DNA from: Octopus bimaculoides
Lineage: Eukaryota
Reading direction: 5' to 3'
Length of the DNA stretch: 64,000 nucleotides
NCBI RefSeq assembly: GCF_001194135.2
Contig: NC_068991.1
Location: 39,146,320-39,210,319, forward strand
Shown one piece after another: positions 10,935-25,500 of this stretch (position 1 is the first letter of the stretch; every line of letters begins with the position of its first letter). The translations under genes and the position numbers were made by a program. Under the pieces are notes generated by a model. It did not search any database, was not told where the DNA came from, and saw only the letters and a program-made list of their open reading frames with translations.

Positions 10935-12519
10935 CATGTCTTGACAGTGTGCAACAGTCGTAAATGAGTAGCACTGTCATACAAGTGGTGTTATTCCTTC
11001 TCGACCTTCCATGGAAACATATCTGGCCATTGGGAAACATTACCTTTCTTGGTGACAGCAAGGGTTGTAGAAAACATGTCTTGATAAATTCTGTTTAGTG
11101 GATGCAAACATGGAAAAGTGGACACTAAATCAATGTTGATGATGAAGATACTTATTAATAGGTAGAGCACAATTATTCATATGCAAGTACAACTAGCTTT
11201 CTGTAAGAAGCAGTTCCTAAGTTTGTTTGTAGAAAAATTCTACATTTTCATTAAGGCTGTCTAAATAACAAATAAATGATTCAAGATGCGTATTCTGTGA
11301 AATTTTGTGTAAGATGAGAATGTCAGAGGAAATATTCAACAAGCTCCTACAAAACTTAACAGAGCTGTCATCTTGAATAATTCATTCATTATTTAGACAA
11401 GTACAGGCATGGCTGTGTGGTAAGAAGCTTGCTTCCCAACCACATGGTTCTGGGCAAGTGTCTTCTACTATAGCGTCAGGTTGACCAAAGTCTTATGAGT
11501 GGATTTGGTAGATGGAAACTGAAAGAAGCCTGTTGTATATATATATGTATATATATANNNNNNNNNNNNNNNNNNNNNNNNNNNNNNNNNNNNNNNNNNN
11601 NNNNNNNNNNNNNNNNNNNNNNNNNNNNNNNNNNNNNNNNNNNNNNNNNNNNNNNNNNNNNNNNNNNNNNNNNNNNNNNNNNNNNNNNNNNNNNNNNNNN
11701 NNNNNNNNNNNNNNNNNNNNNNNNNNNNNNNNNNNNNNNNNNNNNNNNNNNNNNNNNNNNNNNNNNNNNNNNNNNNNNNNNNNNNNNNNNNNNNNNNNNN
11801 NNNNNNNNNNNNNNNNNNNNNNNNNNNNNNNNNNNNNNNNNNNNNNNNNNNNNNNNNNNNNNNNNNNNNNNNNNNNNNNNNATACCTCACCACATGGAGT
11901 AGAAACCAGATGTTCAGATAAGTAGCCTTATTTTCCAACCTAGCATCTAAAACCTCTTTTTCAGCACAATTTATTATAAAAAATTACTTTATTATTTCAT
12001 TTCATTATCTTTCTATGCAAACACAGTTTCATCTTCCATGCCGTATGTTTAGAGAAAAAAACTTAAGATCCCTTTGCTCAATTCAACTCTCCCTCTTTCT
12101 CTCTCTCTTTCACACTCATTTATTATTGTCATTTATTCATTCATTTATCTAATTTTGTCACAGTTTGGTTGACCAAAAACTGTTGGTTATAGCTCTAGTT
12201 AAGGATTCAAATACCCAATTCTATCTGATTATCATCATTAATATTCTCTCACACCGGCAGCCTGAGTTTTTACTGTTTCACATTGCTGTTTCATGGTGCA
12301 CCCACCAATCCCACCCCCACCACCTGTACCAGAAGTCTCTATCCTCTGACCTCTATTGGATGTCTCTCCCATGAACACCTCCAAAGGCTTAATGTTCCTC
12401 CATCCCTACTTAGGGGTCTATCTTCTATGTAATGTAGTGATTATGTAGCACATAAAATGATGGTGTAATGTATGCAGGTTGAAGGCCATTGTTCATTTAT
12501 GAGTTCTGCCAAATGCGAG

Positions 12520-12850
12520 CTTTCTTTTCTGGTGCATGATGCTGCTGTCCCCTATCTCAGGGTCTCACAGGCCCACACCTCCCACACCCTCAGAGTTGGC
12601 ACACTTAATGTCAGCACATCAAAAGGTAGGTCTGGTGAGATTGTTGAGATGCTTGAACAGAGATGTGTAGGTTTGTGCTGCATCCAAGAAGAAAGGTGGA
12701 GAAGAAGTTCTGCTAGGTTCCTCACAGGCAAAGAACATAGGTGTAAGATTTTCTGGGCAGGGAACAGACGGGGTGGGGGTGGGAGGCGCGAGTATACTTC
12801 TTGCAGAGAAATGGGTTGATAAGGTAATTGAGGTTGTCAGAGTCTGTGAT
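12520..12850 (+). mobile_element. RTE-clade LINE fragment (AP-endonuclease N-terminus)
   Basis: ORF 12472..12819 LRVGTLNVST.KGRSGEIVEMLEQRCVGLCCIQEERW matches the APE start motif (GT.NV...CIQE.RW). Confidence 0.8.
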
Positions 12851-15800
12851 AGAATACTTAAGATTAGATTATATATACATGTAGATGTAGGTATGTACAT
12901 ATATGTACGTATATGTGCATATACTCACATATTATTTGTATTATTATACATATATATATATACATACACACACACATGCATATGTGTGTATGTGTTGTGT
13001 TTGTCACCTATCACATTTGACAACCAGTATTGGTTTGTTTACATCCCTATAACTTAGCAGTTCTGCAAAAGAGACTGATAGAATAAGTACCCGACTTTGA
13101 CAAAAAAAGTGTAGGGGTTGATTTTTTTAAACTAGAACCCTTCAGAGCAGTGTCCCAGAATGACTGCAGTCCAATGACTGAAACAAAATAAAAGAAACAA
13201 AGAGTTTTAAAAATCCATGCAGACAGACACACATACACTTTCTTGTTGTAAGAAATACAGTTTCTGAGAAGTGTAGGAACTATGACATTTGTAGATCTCG
13301 TAAAACTTGTTAGATTAGTGCAGTCAATGTTTATTTTAAAATTCTGTAGGAAGATACTTGAAGAAAAAAACAACAAAAACCAAAAATTTTAATGTTGCTG
13401 TGAGAGATAATCAGAGATTCGAGGCTGGAACCATCAATGATTTTGTATTTTGTGACTTTATACATTGACACAGTGTGTAGTGCAAGATTTCACTTGATAT
13501 ATGTGGCAATCGTATCTTTTTTGCTATAGAAGTAGATGAAGTTTCCATTGCAAACACACCAACATCGGTTGTCAAATGATGGAGGGACAAACAGAGACAC
13601 AAACACACACATATATATACATATATACGATGGGCTTCTCTCAGTTTCCATCTATGAAATCCACGCACAAGGCTTTGGTTGACTCGAGGTTATAGTAGAA
13701 GACACTCTATAAAGTATAGAGTTGGCAACTTTTCTTCCCCACCCATTTTGTAGGAGTAATACCCATTTTTCTGGGCTCTTTTCACAGCTATACCCCGTTT
13801 GAAATTTGCATTAGTTTTTGTATGAAAAAAGAAAAAAAAACAGAAGGGAGTGGGGTTTGTTTGTAGTTTCTAAAGAAAACGTTAAACATACCTAAAAAAA
13901 AAATACGGTCTTTTCCCCCAACTAAAAGAAATGAAGAACTATCAAACAAGGCAAATAAGTACAGGGGGTGGGGGAAAGAAGAAAGAACTAACACTTGATC
14001 CTTCTAGAACTCCCAGAATGGAAACCTAAACACCTAATAAACTTTCCCTTCTATTCATTACTAAATCTCTTTCACTCTTCATTGTTAAAAGTAAAGAAGC
14101 TAGAAAAGACCGATCGTATTTCAGTCTAATTGTCATTTTAAATGACTGAGGCTTTCCTTTTCTTGTCTCTATTGCTTCACTCCTTTTCTCCATGGTTAAG
14201 AGAGTGAAGGTGCGTGGCTCAGTGGTTAAGGGTATTTGGCCCACGATCGTATGGTCATGAGTATGATTCCTGGCAGTACACTGTTTTCCTGAGCAAGGCA
14301 CTCTACTTCACCTGGCAAAAATGAGTTGTAGCTGTAATTGAAAGGGGCCAGCCTTGTCACATTCTGTGTGAGGCTGAATCTCCCTGAGAACTACGTTAAT
14401 GGCATGCATGTCTGTGGAGTACTCAGCCACTTGCACGTTAATTTTACAAGCAGTTGTAAAATCATAACAGATAAACAGGAACCTTTTCATCGTAACTGAC
14501 AGAATACCATTCTTTAAAAAGAGTGAAAGGAAAGGAAATGTTTCATATCATAAAGCAAAAATATGTGTTTAGTATAAGCAGTGAAAGCTAAGATGAAATA
14601 ATTGCTATTCTGTCATGTAGTGACTTCACCCTTGACTCACACTCAATTTAATAACAACATGCGCATCAGTATTTATCAAAGGGCTTGGCCTCCAGATCTG
14701 TGAGACCCACAAATGCTGCTGTTAGGACTTGATTAACCCCCATAGTGACCCTAACGACTAAAAAGATTTTCCTGCCCCTATATAGGATCTTTTTTGGTTT
14801 TCTTCCAACCACTTGGAGGTTTATCGTGCTCCAGTCCACTCAGCTGGCCAAAATGAATTGTAGTTGTAATTGAAAGGGGCCAGCCTTGTCAGATTCTGTG
14901 TGAGGCTGAATCACCTTGAGAACTGTGTTAATGGTATGCATGTCTGTGGAATACTCAGCCACTTGCACATTAATTCTATCCTCGTGTGGTAATGAAAAGT
15001 AAAAGTGACATCCAATATTTGCTGTAGTTAATTTGTCTTTGATTTGACAATGTGTCTATGTATCTATTTTTCTTTTGATCTATGTATCTACTTTCCGTTC
15101 GATGTATGTATTAGTCTACTCTGAAAATACTGATAGACATTTAAAAACAAAAAGGGAACGCCATCTTCCTTTCAGTACCACTCACTGTCTCTCTCCTGCT
15201 TTGCCACTCACTTCAACTATACCTCCTCTGCTTAACACCTTTTATTTCTCTTTTTCTTTGTACCTCTCCCTTCAACCTTTTTACTACTTCCTTTGAAGTA
15301 ATTGTGACACACACCACATGTATGTATGTATAAAAACAGAAAATTAGCATATTAATATTATTGATTGTTAAATTCTGCAAAGGTCGACTTTGCTTTTCAT
15401 CTTTTTGAGGTCGATAAAATAAGTACCAATTGAGTACTGGGGTTGATGTAATCAACTACTCTCGTCCAAATTTCAGGCCTTGTGCCTATAATAGAAGGGA
15501 TTATTATTGTTATTGTTATTTTTATTAAGGTGGTGAACTGGCAGAATCATTAGCATGCCAGGTGAAATGCTTAGCAGCATTTCATCCGTCCTTATGTTCT
15601 GAGTTCAAATTACACCAAGGTTGACTTTATATTTCATCTTTCAGGGTTGATAAAATGAGTACCAGTTGCACACTGGAGTCAATGTAATCAACTAGCCCTT
15701 CTCCAAAAATTTCAGGCCTTGTACCTATAGGAGTAAGGATTATTATTATTTCTACTCTAGGCATAAAGCCTCAAATTTTGGTGGGAAGTTGGATAGTCAA

Positions 15801-18800
15801 TTACATCAATCCCAGTGCTCAACTGGTACATATTCCATTGATCCTGAAAGGACAAAAGGCAAAGGAGATCTTGGGTCAATCAAAGAAATGATCTCAACAG
15901 GACAACTATCCAGGGTTAATAAAAAAAACAAGCATTAAAACAGATTTTTGTAGAAGAGGGATATAGACGATGGAATATGTGTAGATGGTCAACCTCTTAA
16001 AAATGGAAGCCAAATTTCCCTCAGATCTCACTCAATTATTTTATTTAAGAAAAGGACAAATCAGAAACTGCAGCATGCATACCCTAAGAAAGACAGGATA
16101 GTCCTGTCTAGAATACATTTGATCATAGGTCTACTTAGAGTTGGCCTGCTTTAAATGACAATAACAATTTGAAAGTGTTAATGTGAGGGGCAAATAATAA
16201 CAATGATTTGAATTAGAAGACTTTAAATTTAAGTATTGAAAAAGTGTATGAGATTAAGTGACAGTCCTGTTTTCTCTAGGGCCATCAGAAGTCAAATGAT
16301 AACAACTGCAATTGTCACCAACTTAGCTTGCCACCACCACCACAACTACAGCTACGACAACCAGCACAGCAACTACAACTCAACATCAACAACAACGAAA
16401 AGAATGCCAGAAATGTTCTCAGGTATCTCTAGTGATATTTAAATTACAATGGCTGCTTTTATTCAGTCGTGCAATAAAAAATATATATCTACTTGACAAA
16501 AGTAATTCCCTTTCCTTGAGGTCTACTCCCAAAGACTGGAGGAGCTGATACACAGGAAAACACTACCCCTTAGTCATAACAGCTTTTAACCTACATCTAA
16601 TATAGCTTTGTTTAGTCAAGGGTAAAGACTACTGTCTGGTGCTTTAAAACCTCATTTTAGACTAAAGGCATGCTAGACATGTATTTTAATAGACAAGTCT
16701 TTGTCCTAGGCTAGAATTGTTTGATATCATAACTGTCTCTGAAATATCTGTGTTATCAGATAGTGACTAGATATAGGAAGAAAGACTTGACATTATACTA
16801 ATATTTAAATGCCACCTTATTATGGAATAGCTGACATACCTATGTGTATGTCTGGATGTGTGTGTGTGTATATATACATATATATGCTTTGGAGAAATGT
16901 TTTGAATATGCATATAAAAGCTCCTAACCTATTCTGCCAGCTACAGCCTAATGATGCCAACTAGTGATACCAGTTTTTTGGGGTTGTACCGAGCTATGCT
17001 GATATAATGTAGGATAAATATAGTAATAACAATAATAGTCCTTGGATGGAATTAATAAATATTTTAATGCATATATACATCTACATATGTATGTGTGTTT
17101 ACATTTGTATACACACATAAGCATGTGTGTGTATTTACATCTATATACATACATATATATATTGCGTTCAAGTATTGCAGTATTTCTTCTGATTCTATAT
17201 TCAGTTCAAATCTTGCTGAACTCCACTTTGCTTTTCATCTCTAAGGGGTTTTTATTATTTTAAATCTATGAGAATTTGAGAAATTAAAATTCAGTCAAAA
17301 CAATATTGATTTTACTTGTAATAGTCAAAATACTAAGTACAACTTGACACTATTTTTGTCATTATAATAGTCATAGCAGTTGTATAGTGGTAGTTAGTGT
17401 GAGAGGAATGGTTATAAATGAATATGAATTTATATGTATACAGGTGCAGACTTGGCTGTGTAGTAATAAGTTTGCTTCCCAACCTCATGGTACCAGGTCC
17501 AGTCCCACTGTGAAAGTGTCTTCTACTATAGTCCCAGGCTGACCAAAACCTTGTAAGTGGAATTGGTAAACAGAAACTGAAAGAAGTCCATCATATATGC
17601 ATGTGTGTGTGTCTGAGCGAGTGTGAATCTGTATGTCTCCTTGTCTTGACATCGCGTGAAAGTTATAAAATTGCCACAATCATTAGAGCAGTGACATTCA
17701 TTTCCCATATTTTGTGAGAACATGTTTTGCGAAACAGATGAGGATTGGAGACAGAAACAGTATCCAGCTGTAGAAAATCTGCCTCGTAAAACCCCCAACC
17801 TATACAAGCATGGAAAAATGGACGTTAAAATGATGATGATGATATAAACAAACACAGGTACACACATATATATATATCTATGTATTTATTAATCAAAGTA
17901 TACAGTATTAAAGATCCATTTCAGCCATTCTTACCAATTGGTTTCACACTGGATATTAGATAACACCATGGTCAAGTAACAGCATGTGATCTTCAGTGCA
18001 AATGGCTTCTTTCAATTTTGATCTACAAAATTCAATCATGAGGCTTTAGTTGGCCCAGGATTATAGTAGAAGACACTTGCTCATTATGCCATCAGTAGGA
18101 TTCAGTCTGAAATGAGATGGCTGGGTATTAGCAAAAGATTAAATCACTTTACATGCTAATTCAGTGATGAGCTTTTTTAGTTGGTCAAACAACTGGGTGC
18201 TCGTACTCTGAAATCCTGGTGAGAGTCCATCAAACCTGAAATACTTCAACTCTTTGCATAAAGCCTCCAATAGAGTTATAACTTCTTCCACAAAGATAAC
18301 TTGCTCTCAAAATACACAACTAAAAGTTTCAGGTAGTACCTCTATGATCAATGGCTTCTCACACAATATCTCTTTCACACACATACAATAAGTTAAAAAT
18401 AAAGATGCTTTGTCAATGACATTGAAATCATTTGTATGTAATGAAATATCTTTTGCTGAGGTCATTTGGTTGAAATATTGCATGACAATGCAAGCAGTTT
18501 TGTTGATCAATAAACAGCAGCACATTTTAGAAAAAATATTACTCTATTTAAAAGTTATATAGATCTATCTACATTTTTATTTAAACAAGGAAAGACCGAT
18601 TAATGTCTTACAAGAAAAATATTCATCTGCTTTATTTAGAACCAAAATTGTTACAAATTAATTATTTTGTTTACATTTAGCTTTGAGCACTGTTAAGAAT
18701 TTAAAAATTTCTAAAATGTTCACAAAAACACATATCTACACACACATATATTTTAGAGAAATAGGTAGAAAGACATGAAACCTCAAATTTATTTAAGAAA

Positions 18801-19574
18801 ATGAGAAATTGTGACAGTCATAACACGTGACAGTGGAACATAATCTTGACCATTGTTTAATTAATGAAAAATTTAGCATGATACAATGATAAATACACGT
18901 GAGTGAAACTCATTATTTTCATTGTCCATTTATCAATATTAATCATTGGAGTTTTCCACGAGCGGAGAGAAATCATTTACTGTCTTCATTTTTCCGAAAA
19001 AGACAGCTAATTATTAACTAGGTACAGCATTTTGATTAATTAATATAATTTACGAGAATTTGTTTAATGAATCTGTGCAACAGTTTTGTGTTTATAAATA
19101 GTAAAATAATTTCAATCAATCCCAGTCTCAGTAATACAAATAAGTTGGATTTGTTATAGTCACAGCTGGCTCAGCTATTGTGTTGCTGCCTTATGGTAGT
19201 GATTGTTGACCCATATTTTATCAGTGTTGCTATGGCGCTCCCATGGCAATAAATACCTAATTCCTAAAGATTTAGTCCAACTAGCTATAAAATAGGTATC
19301 ATGACATGGCACATCTCATTACCAAAAAACAGTTTGATTGACAAATGGTGGGCAAGCAATGTATCCAGGAGAAAGTGTGTTAATACACAGTTTCATAATG
19401 CCTTTAATACATTTATTACTAACAGTGGGTGAATTCTTTTCATTTTTAGTAGGTGGGTTTGGAGGAAGGAATAGTATCTTTCGCTACCACAGTCCTTCTG
19501 AAACTAGTGAGATAGATATCATTAATGTCCTGCTCAAACTGTTACAAGCCAATATTTGGAGGAAAGATACAAAC

Positions 19575-19617
<43 letters not shown>

Positions 19618-19980
19618 AAAGGAAAAACTAGTTGAAGTGGTTAGCACAGGGCCTGGGCAGGATAATAAAAACAAAAATCAATTTTTAGGAATTAAAGTGA
19701 AGACATCATTATCACCATCGTTTTACATCAACTTGTCATGCTGGCATAGGTGAACAGTTTGACAGGGATCCAATGTCTTGCTCCAGTGTCTAAGTTTTGG
19801 TATATTTCTACAGCTGGATACCCTTCCTTATACCAATTACCTTACAGAGTGCACAGGGTTCCTTTTTGTGGCACCAGCATAAATGAAGTTACTATGTAAC
19901 TTGCAGTACTAAAGAGCCCTCACAAGTGAGAGAGAGAGTATAATAGAGAGACAAATGGCTTTATGCAAGATGTTGAAAGG

Positions 19981-20279
19981 TTAACCCATTACCTACCAGT
20001 GATCTCATATGAGATCACTTAAAAATTACAAATTTCGTAATTATCTGTCAATATTTACACATATCTAGCCTTTTTGCTATATCTACTTGGTATTTTTCTC
20101 TGATATTCAAATGAGATTTGCTAATTTTCCACCCAATATCTCGCTTATTTCTATTTAAAATGTTATTTTGAAATGTTATTTTGATCATTCGAGCATGTTT
20201 CTAAGGCTGTTTTATGCTAGAAATCAAAGTTTCATAAAAAAGATTCCAGTTAATAGAATTATGGGAGGTATTGGGTTAA
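19981..20279. mobile_element. Second TTAA-flanked piggyBac-like MITE
   Basis: TTAACCCATTACCTACC ... GGGAGGTATTGGGTTAA (15/17 inverted match). Confidence 0.65.
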
Positions 20280-20899
20280 AGTATGATAAAAGGGACAGGA
20301 CTGTTCCTGTTTGTGGAGAAGATAATTGGGTATCCTACATTGTATAAGGGTGGGTGTGATTAAAAGGGGTGAAACGAGATATGTAAAACAAAAAGTTTGT
20401 GACTTCACTATTTTCAAATGTGGCAGAGATGAAATACTTTGGATATTACTAGTTAATTGAAAGACTTAAATGAAATTACAAGAAACTTATACTGATAAAA
20501 ATAAAATAATGATAAATTAGTTATTAGCACAATAGAAAAATATCAGGAAATCAAAGAAACTGGAAATAGTTTCTGTGTCAGCATTTAATGCTTCCTCTAA
20601 TTTTAGAAGCCAATGAGTGCAAAAATTTTGTGAAAATTGTTTTTCCAGTGTTTCCCTACACTATATAATAATTATTAATTAGTTTGTTATTTTAAGTAAT
20701 TAACATTTCACGCACACATTAATGCCTTTTGTGTATCGGTTGCAAAATGTGCATATGCACACAGTGGAAACAGTGTTAGCAATTAGTTTATGGAGGAGTG
20801 TAAATTCAAGTATGATACATTAGGTAATCCTGTTTTTAATAGCTTAAATGAAACAATGTTTCTCTCAACATTATGCATTTTCACAATTCTTTGGTTTGG

Positions 20900-21058
20900 T
20901 CATGTGGTGTGGATGGATGAGGACAATTGCATAAAGAAGTGCTGATCACTTAAAGTGGATGGAAGTTGTGAAAAAGAGAGACCAAGGAAGATATAAGATG
21001 AAGTATCAAAGGCTAATCTCAAAATGCTGAACCTCACAGAGATGACAAAGGACTGGGA
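20900..21058 (+). mobile_element. RTE-like LINE 3'-end fragment
   Basis: Translates as H...MDEDNCIKKC.SLKVDGSC..RPRK..DEV...L..LNLTEMTKD. Confidence 0.55.
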
Positions 21059-22550
21059 TATATATATATATATATATATAATTATAATAATATTAGGGAC
21101 AAAATCCAAAATTACAGGTAAAAACTCAATTAAACCAATTTTCATCGATGAGTTCTTGAAACTTGGTTATTTTCCCTAAAACTATATATATATATATATT
21201 ACTGTAGTCAAGAAAACCCATTCTCTACAACAGAATTCATATCCTAAAATCACATAAACAGTGCTGGTGCTGGTACCACATAAAAAGCATCCAGTATACT
21301 CTGTAAAGTGGTTACTGTTAGAAAGAGCATCTAACTGTAGAAATCAGACCAAAACAGACTATGGAACCTGGTGTGACCCCTGGCCTTACCAGCTCCTGTC
21401 AAGCTGTCCAACTCATGCCAACATGGAAAATGGATGTTAAATGATGATGATGATGATGATGACAGTATTACTTTAATTGTTCTTAAAAATTATTAGAATG
21501 CTTATAAAGATGTTGAAAGATAATTAACTTTTAACTTGAATTTCTTACGGCTTTTTTTTTTTGTTACCATATTTGTTGAAATATACTCCTTTTATTTCAA
21601 TTAATTTAGAAAATAATGAAGAATTTAGTCATAATCAAGTTCAGAACTTTGTTGTTATTAAATAAGTATTTGGAACATAAGATAAAATTAGAACATTATA
21701 GGTGCAGGTGTGGCTGTGTAGTAAGGTACGTTTCTCAACCACATGGTTCTGAGCTCAGTCCCACTGTGTTGCATCTTGGACAAGTGTCTTCTACTAAAGA
21801 TCTGGGCAAACCAGAGCCTTGTTAGTGGATTTGGTAGGCAGAAACTGAAAGAAGCCAGTCATATATATGCATGCCTTTGTGTTTATGTTTGTCCCCCATC
21901 ACCACTACTTGACAACTAATGCTGGTTTATCTATGTCCGTGACTTAGTGGTTTGGCAAAGAAGACTGATAGAATAAATACTAGGCTTAAAAATAAGTACT
22001 GGGGTCGATTCAACTGAAACAAGTTACAGATAATATAAAATTTTGATGGAAGGTTTTAACTATTTTCTCAAAACCATTGAATCAAACAATGATACTTTGA
22101 TGTTAACTCTAGCATTTAAACAGGCCGTATCTAGCCAAAATATTCTACCTGCTTTATGTTCAAACTAGCCAGATGTGGGCTTTCACATCAATCCTACAAT
22201 ATCATTCTAAACATTAACAGTTACCTCATCAATATCTCAAAGATACAAGATAATGCATAATTAATTCAAGACAAAGTGAATAAATAAACATTACTTTTGA
22301 CAGAATAATGTGAGTGCTAAAGGGTTAAGGCATTGTATACTTGTTTCAGTCATTTGACTGTGGCCATGCTTGGACACCACCTTGAAGGGTTTTAGCCAAA
22401 CGAATCAACCCCAGGACAGTTTTTTTTTAAAGCCTGGTATTTATCCTATTGGGCTCTTTTGGCTGAACTGCTAAGTTACAGGGATATAAACACAGCAACA
22501 CTAGTTGTTAAGTGGTGGTGGTAGGACAAACTCAAAGACACACATATCTA

Positions 22551-22592
<42 letters not shown>

Positions 22593-25500
22593 CATACATA
22601 TGATGGACTTCTTCCAGTTTCTGTCTACCAAATCCACTCACAAAACTTTGGTCGGCCTGAGGCTACAGTAGAAGACACTTGCCCACGGTGCCATGCAATG
22701 GGACTGAACCTAAAACCATGTTGTTGGGAAGCAATGAAAATGCTTTAATAAATTTTCCTAAACATTATGAAATCCAAAAGAAAAGTAATGTAAAATACTG
22801 ATTCAATTCTAATTAAGCATTTTATTAATTATAAAAATAGCATTTATTAAAATGTTTTCTTGAATATTAAAAACTTTACTAACATACCCATACACACCGC
22901 TATTGAAACTTGAAAACCTGTGCATTGACCTGTTAAATGCATTCAAGCAATAACATTTTTAACCCAAATAACAATGAAGTCACAGGATATGATCATTACT
23001 TGCCTCATCAATACATAACATAAATTAACAGTGACTTCTTAAAAAGATCCATAACCAGTGTCCTTAAATAGTAGAAATAGAAATGTTTTTTTTTAAACCC
23101 TTTCATATTCAGCTTACTCTATCAAATATAATGCTTATTTAATCAAACTGTTTTTAATTAATTATGCATTATCTCACCTTTGAGCTTTTGGTGATGTGAT
23201 GCTTATTTTTAGAATGACATTGTAAGATAGGTGTGAGAGGCTGGATTTGGCTAGTTTGAACGTAAAACAAAATATTTTGGTTGAATATGATGGGTTTAAA
23301 TGCCAAAAGGTTAAATGCTGTTTACGTTTGAAAGAGAAGATAAACAGATGATAAACTTTTTGTTATTTTTTAGTGATTAGCTATGTTTCTGATCTAAACA
23401 GACTGTCATTCATTTCTTTTAGAAGTAGGAAAATAAAGAATATAGTGGCATATTCTATTTTTCATTGTATAAGACATGCTGTAGTGTAAGACACACCATC
23501 TTATATAAGTAGTTGTTTTTAGGAGTGGAAAAAATGTAAATTTTCATTTGATTTATTGACACATAAGACAAGGTGTGTTTCAGAGATACAAGTTTTGGTT
23601 GAAAAAAAAAAAAAAATTCATACATAAGTTAAAAATAGATTTTTTAAGTTTTGGAAGGTATAAAAGGAAACAAGTGACACTTGTGTTTGATCTTTCTTTA
23701 CTTGAATCTTTAAAAAAAATTAAAATGTAAAAATATATCTTCAGTATTATCAGACTTATAAATACTTGCATACCCATGCAGATTTGTTAGTAACTAAATT
23801 AGTTAGAAAACAATATCAAAATCAAACAATAAATAGGTATTTCTTCAAAAAAAACATGAAAACAACTGCAAAATATTTCATTCTTAAATAATATATTCAA
23901 TGTTATTTCACATCGATAGTTCTGAGATGAACTGTGGTTAAAATAGAATGACATTTACAAACTCTAAATCTCATTTCTCATGTCTTTACTATCTACATTA
24001 CATTCTGTTTAGTGTATTCTCAAGGGTCTTCAGGTTATTTTCGTCACAAAGTTTAAATATATCCAGCCATAATCTTAGTGATTAAAATAAAGGCTGTCGA
24101 GTTTAAAATCCAGTCTAAGTATACATATGTAGGAATAGCACACCTGAAGATGCTTGAGGAATAGACCAACTGAAAGAAAGTGTAAGAAATTGAAATGAAA
24201 AAGGTGATGTGAGTAGAACTGAAAATATCAAACTATTTTAACATTCAAAAGAATTTGTTTAAACTGAAAACAATATATATAATTATGGTGAATAAGATAT
24301 TTCTAGAAATAATTTAAAACACTACAGAAAACAAAAATGCTTTTTCTCACAGCAAATGGATAAATTAGAAAAAAAAAAAAAATTAATTTTGGTCTTCTTG
24401 CAAAACTTGTAAATTTTCTGAGAATTCTTTCCTCACCAAAGACATAGCAGGGTTGAATCCTAAAGGGTTAAGTTAATCCCAGCAAGATTTGAACTCAAAA
24501 CGTAGAAAGAGAAGGAACTAAATACCATGACATTTTGTCCAAGTCTATTATTTCTGGCACTTCACTGCCTTTTTATTTGTATAGAGACAAACAAGAACTA
24601 AATGCAAAAAAAAAAAAAAGAAAAAAAAAGTAAGCATCAAGTAGCACTTGAACATGAAACCTTTGGTTAATGGCCTGTTACATTTACTATTTATACTGGC
24701 TCTGTATGATTTTTCAGTTTTATTACAACCCCCTATGACATGGTGAGGAATGGAGGAGTACTTGCGTGTGTGAGTGTGTATATGTGTCTGTGTGAGTTAA
24801 TAGATGTTTGGAAGATGTTAATAAATGATGTGAAGGAGCATATATGTAAGTATGTAAGTGTATATGTGTGAATAAGTATATGAATAAATATGTGAATGAA
24901 ATATATTTACAAAAATGTGTATAGTAAGAATATTGCAAGAATACCTAACATTTTATATATATCTCAAAATTTATGATTTTAGAATTTTTTTTTTTTTTTA
25001 GATAAAATTCAGACAATATCCTCTACAACATGAATCCATTCCTTTATGGGTAAAAATAAAGATTAAAAAATGTTCTAATAATAAGAGATAAAAAAGAAAT
25101 TACACTCATCAAAGACAACATTTTGAAGGATTTGGTTAGGATTGATAGCATTTTGGACATTTTACTCTCAGCCACATAGAAATATTCTTATTGTCAATCC
25201 TGCTTCCACTGAATTCACCCTTTCAATTCTGTAACACCATAAACACCAGTATGCTGCCTATTTAATGGTTACAATAAGTAGCTATTCTAATTAGAAGTCC
25301 TATTGTCAGTGAATTAATGCTTCCAATACTACACTGGTTAGCAATGCTACATTAAAGCTACAATATAATGACTAATTCTAATTGCAGCTTTTTCAAATCT
25401 ATAGAAATTGGAAGCACCATATAATGGATAAACTATGGAATCATTCTAACTGTAAATCCCGTTGTTAATGGATTAACGCTGCTGGCAGCAATGAATATAC

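Noticed and set aside
12755-12783. G-quadruplex motif GGG-CA-GGG-N7-GGGG-T-GGGGG-T-GGG
   Set aside because: It lies in a decayed RTE coding remnant, with no sign of function.
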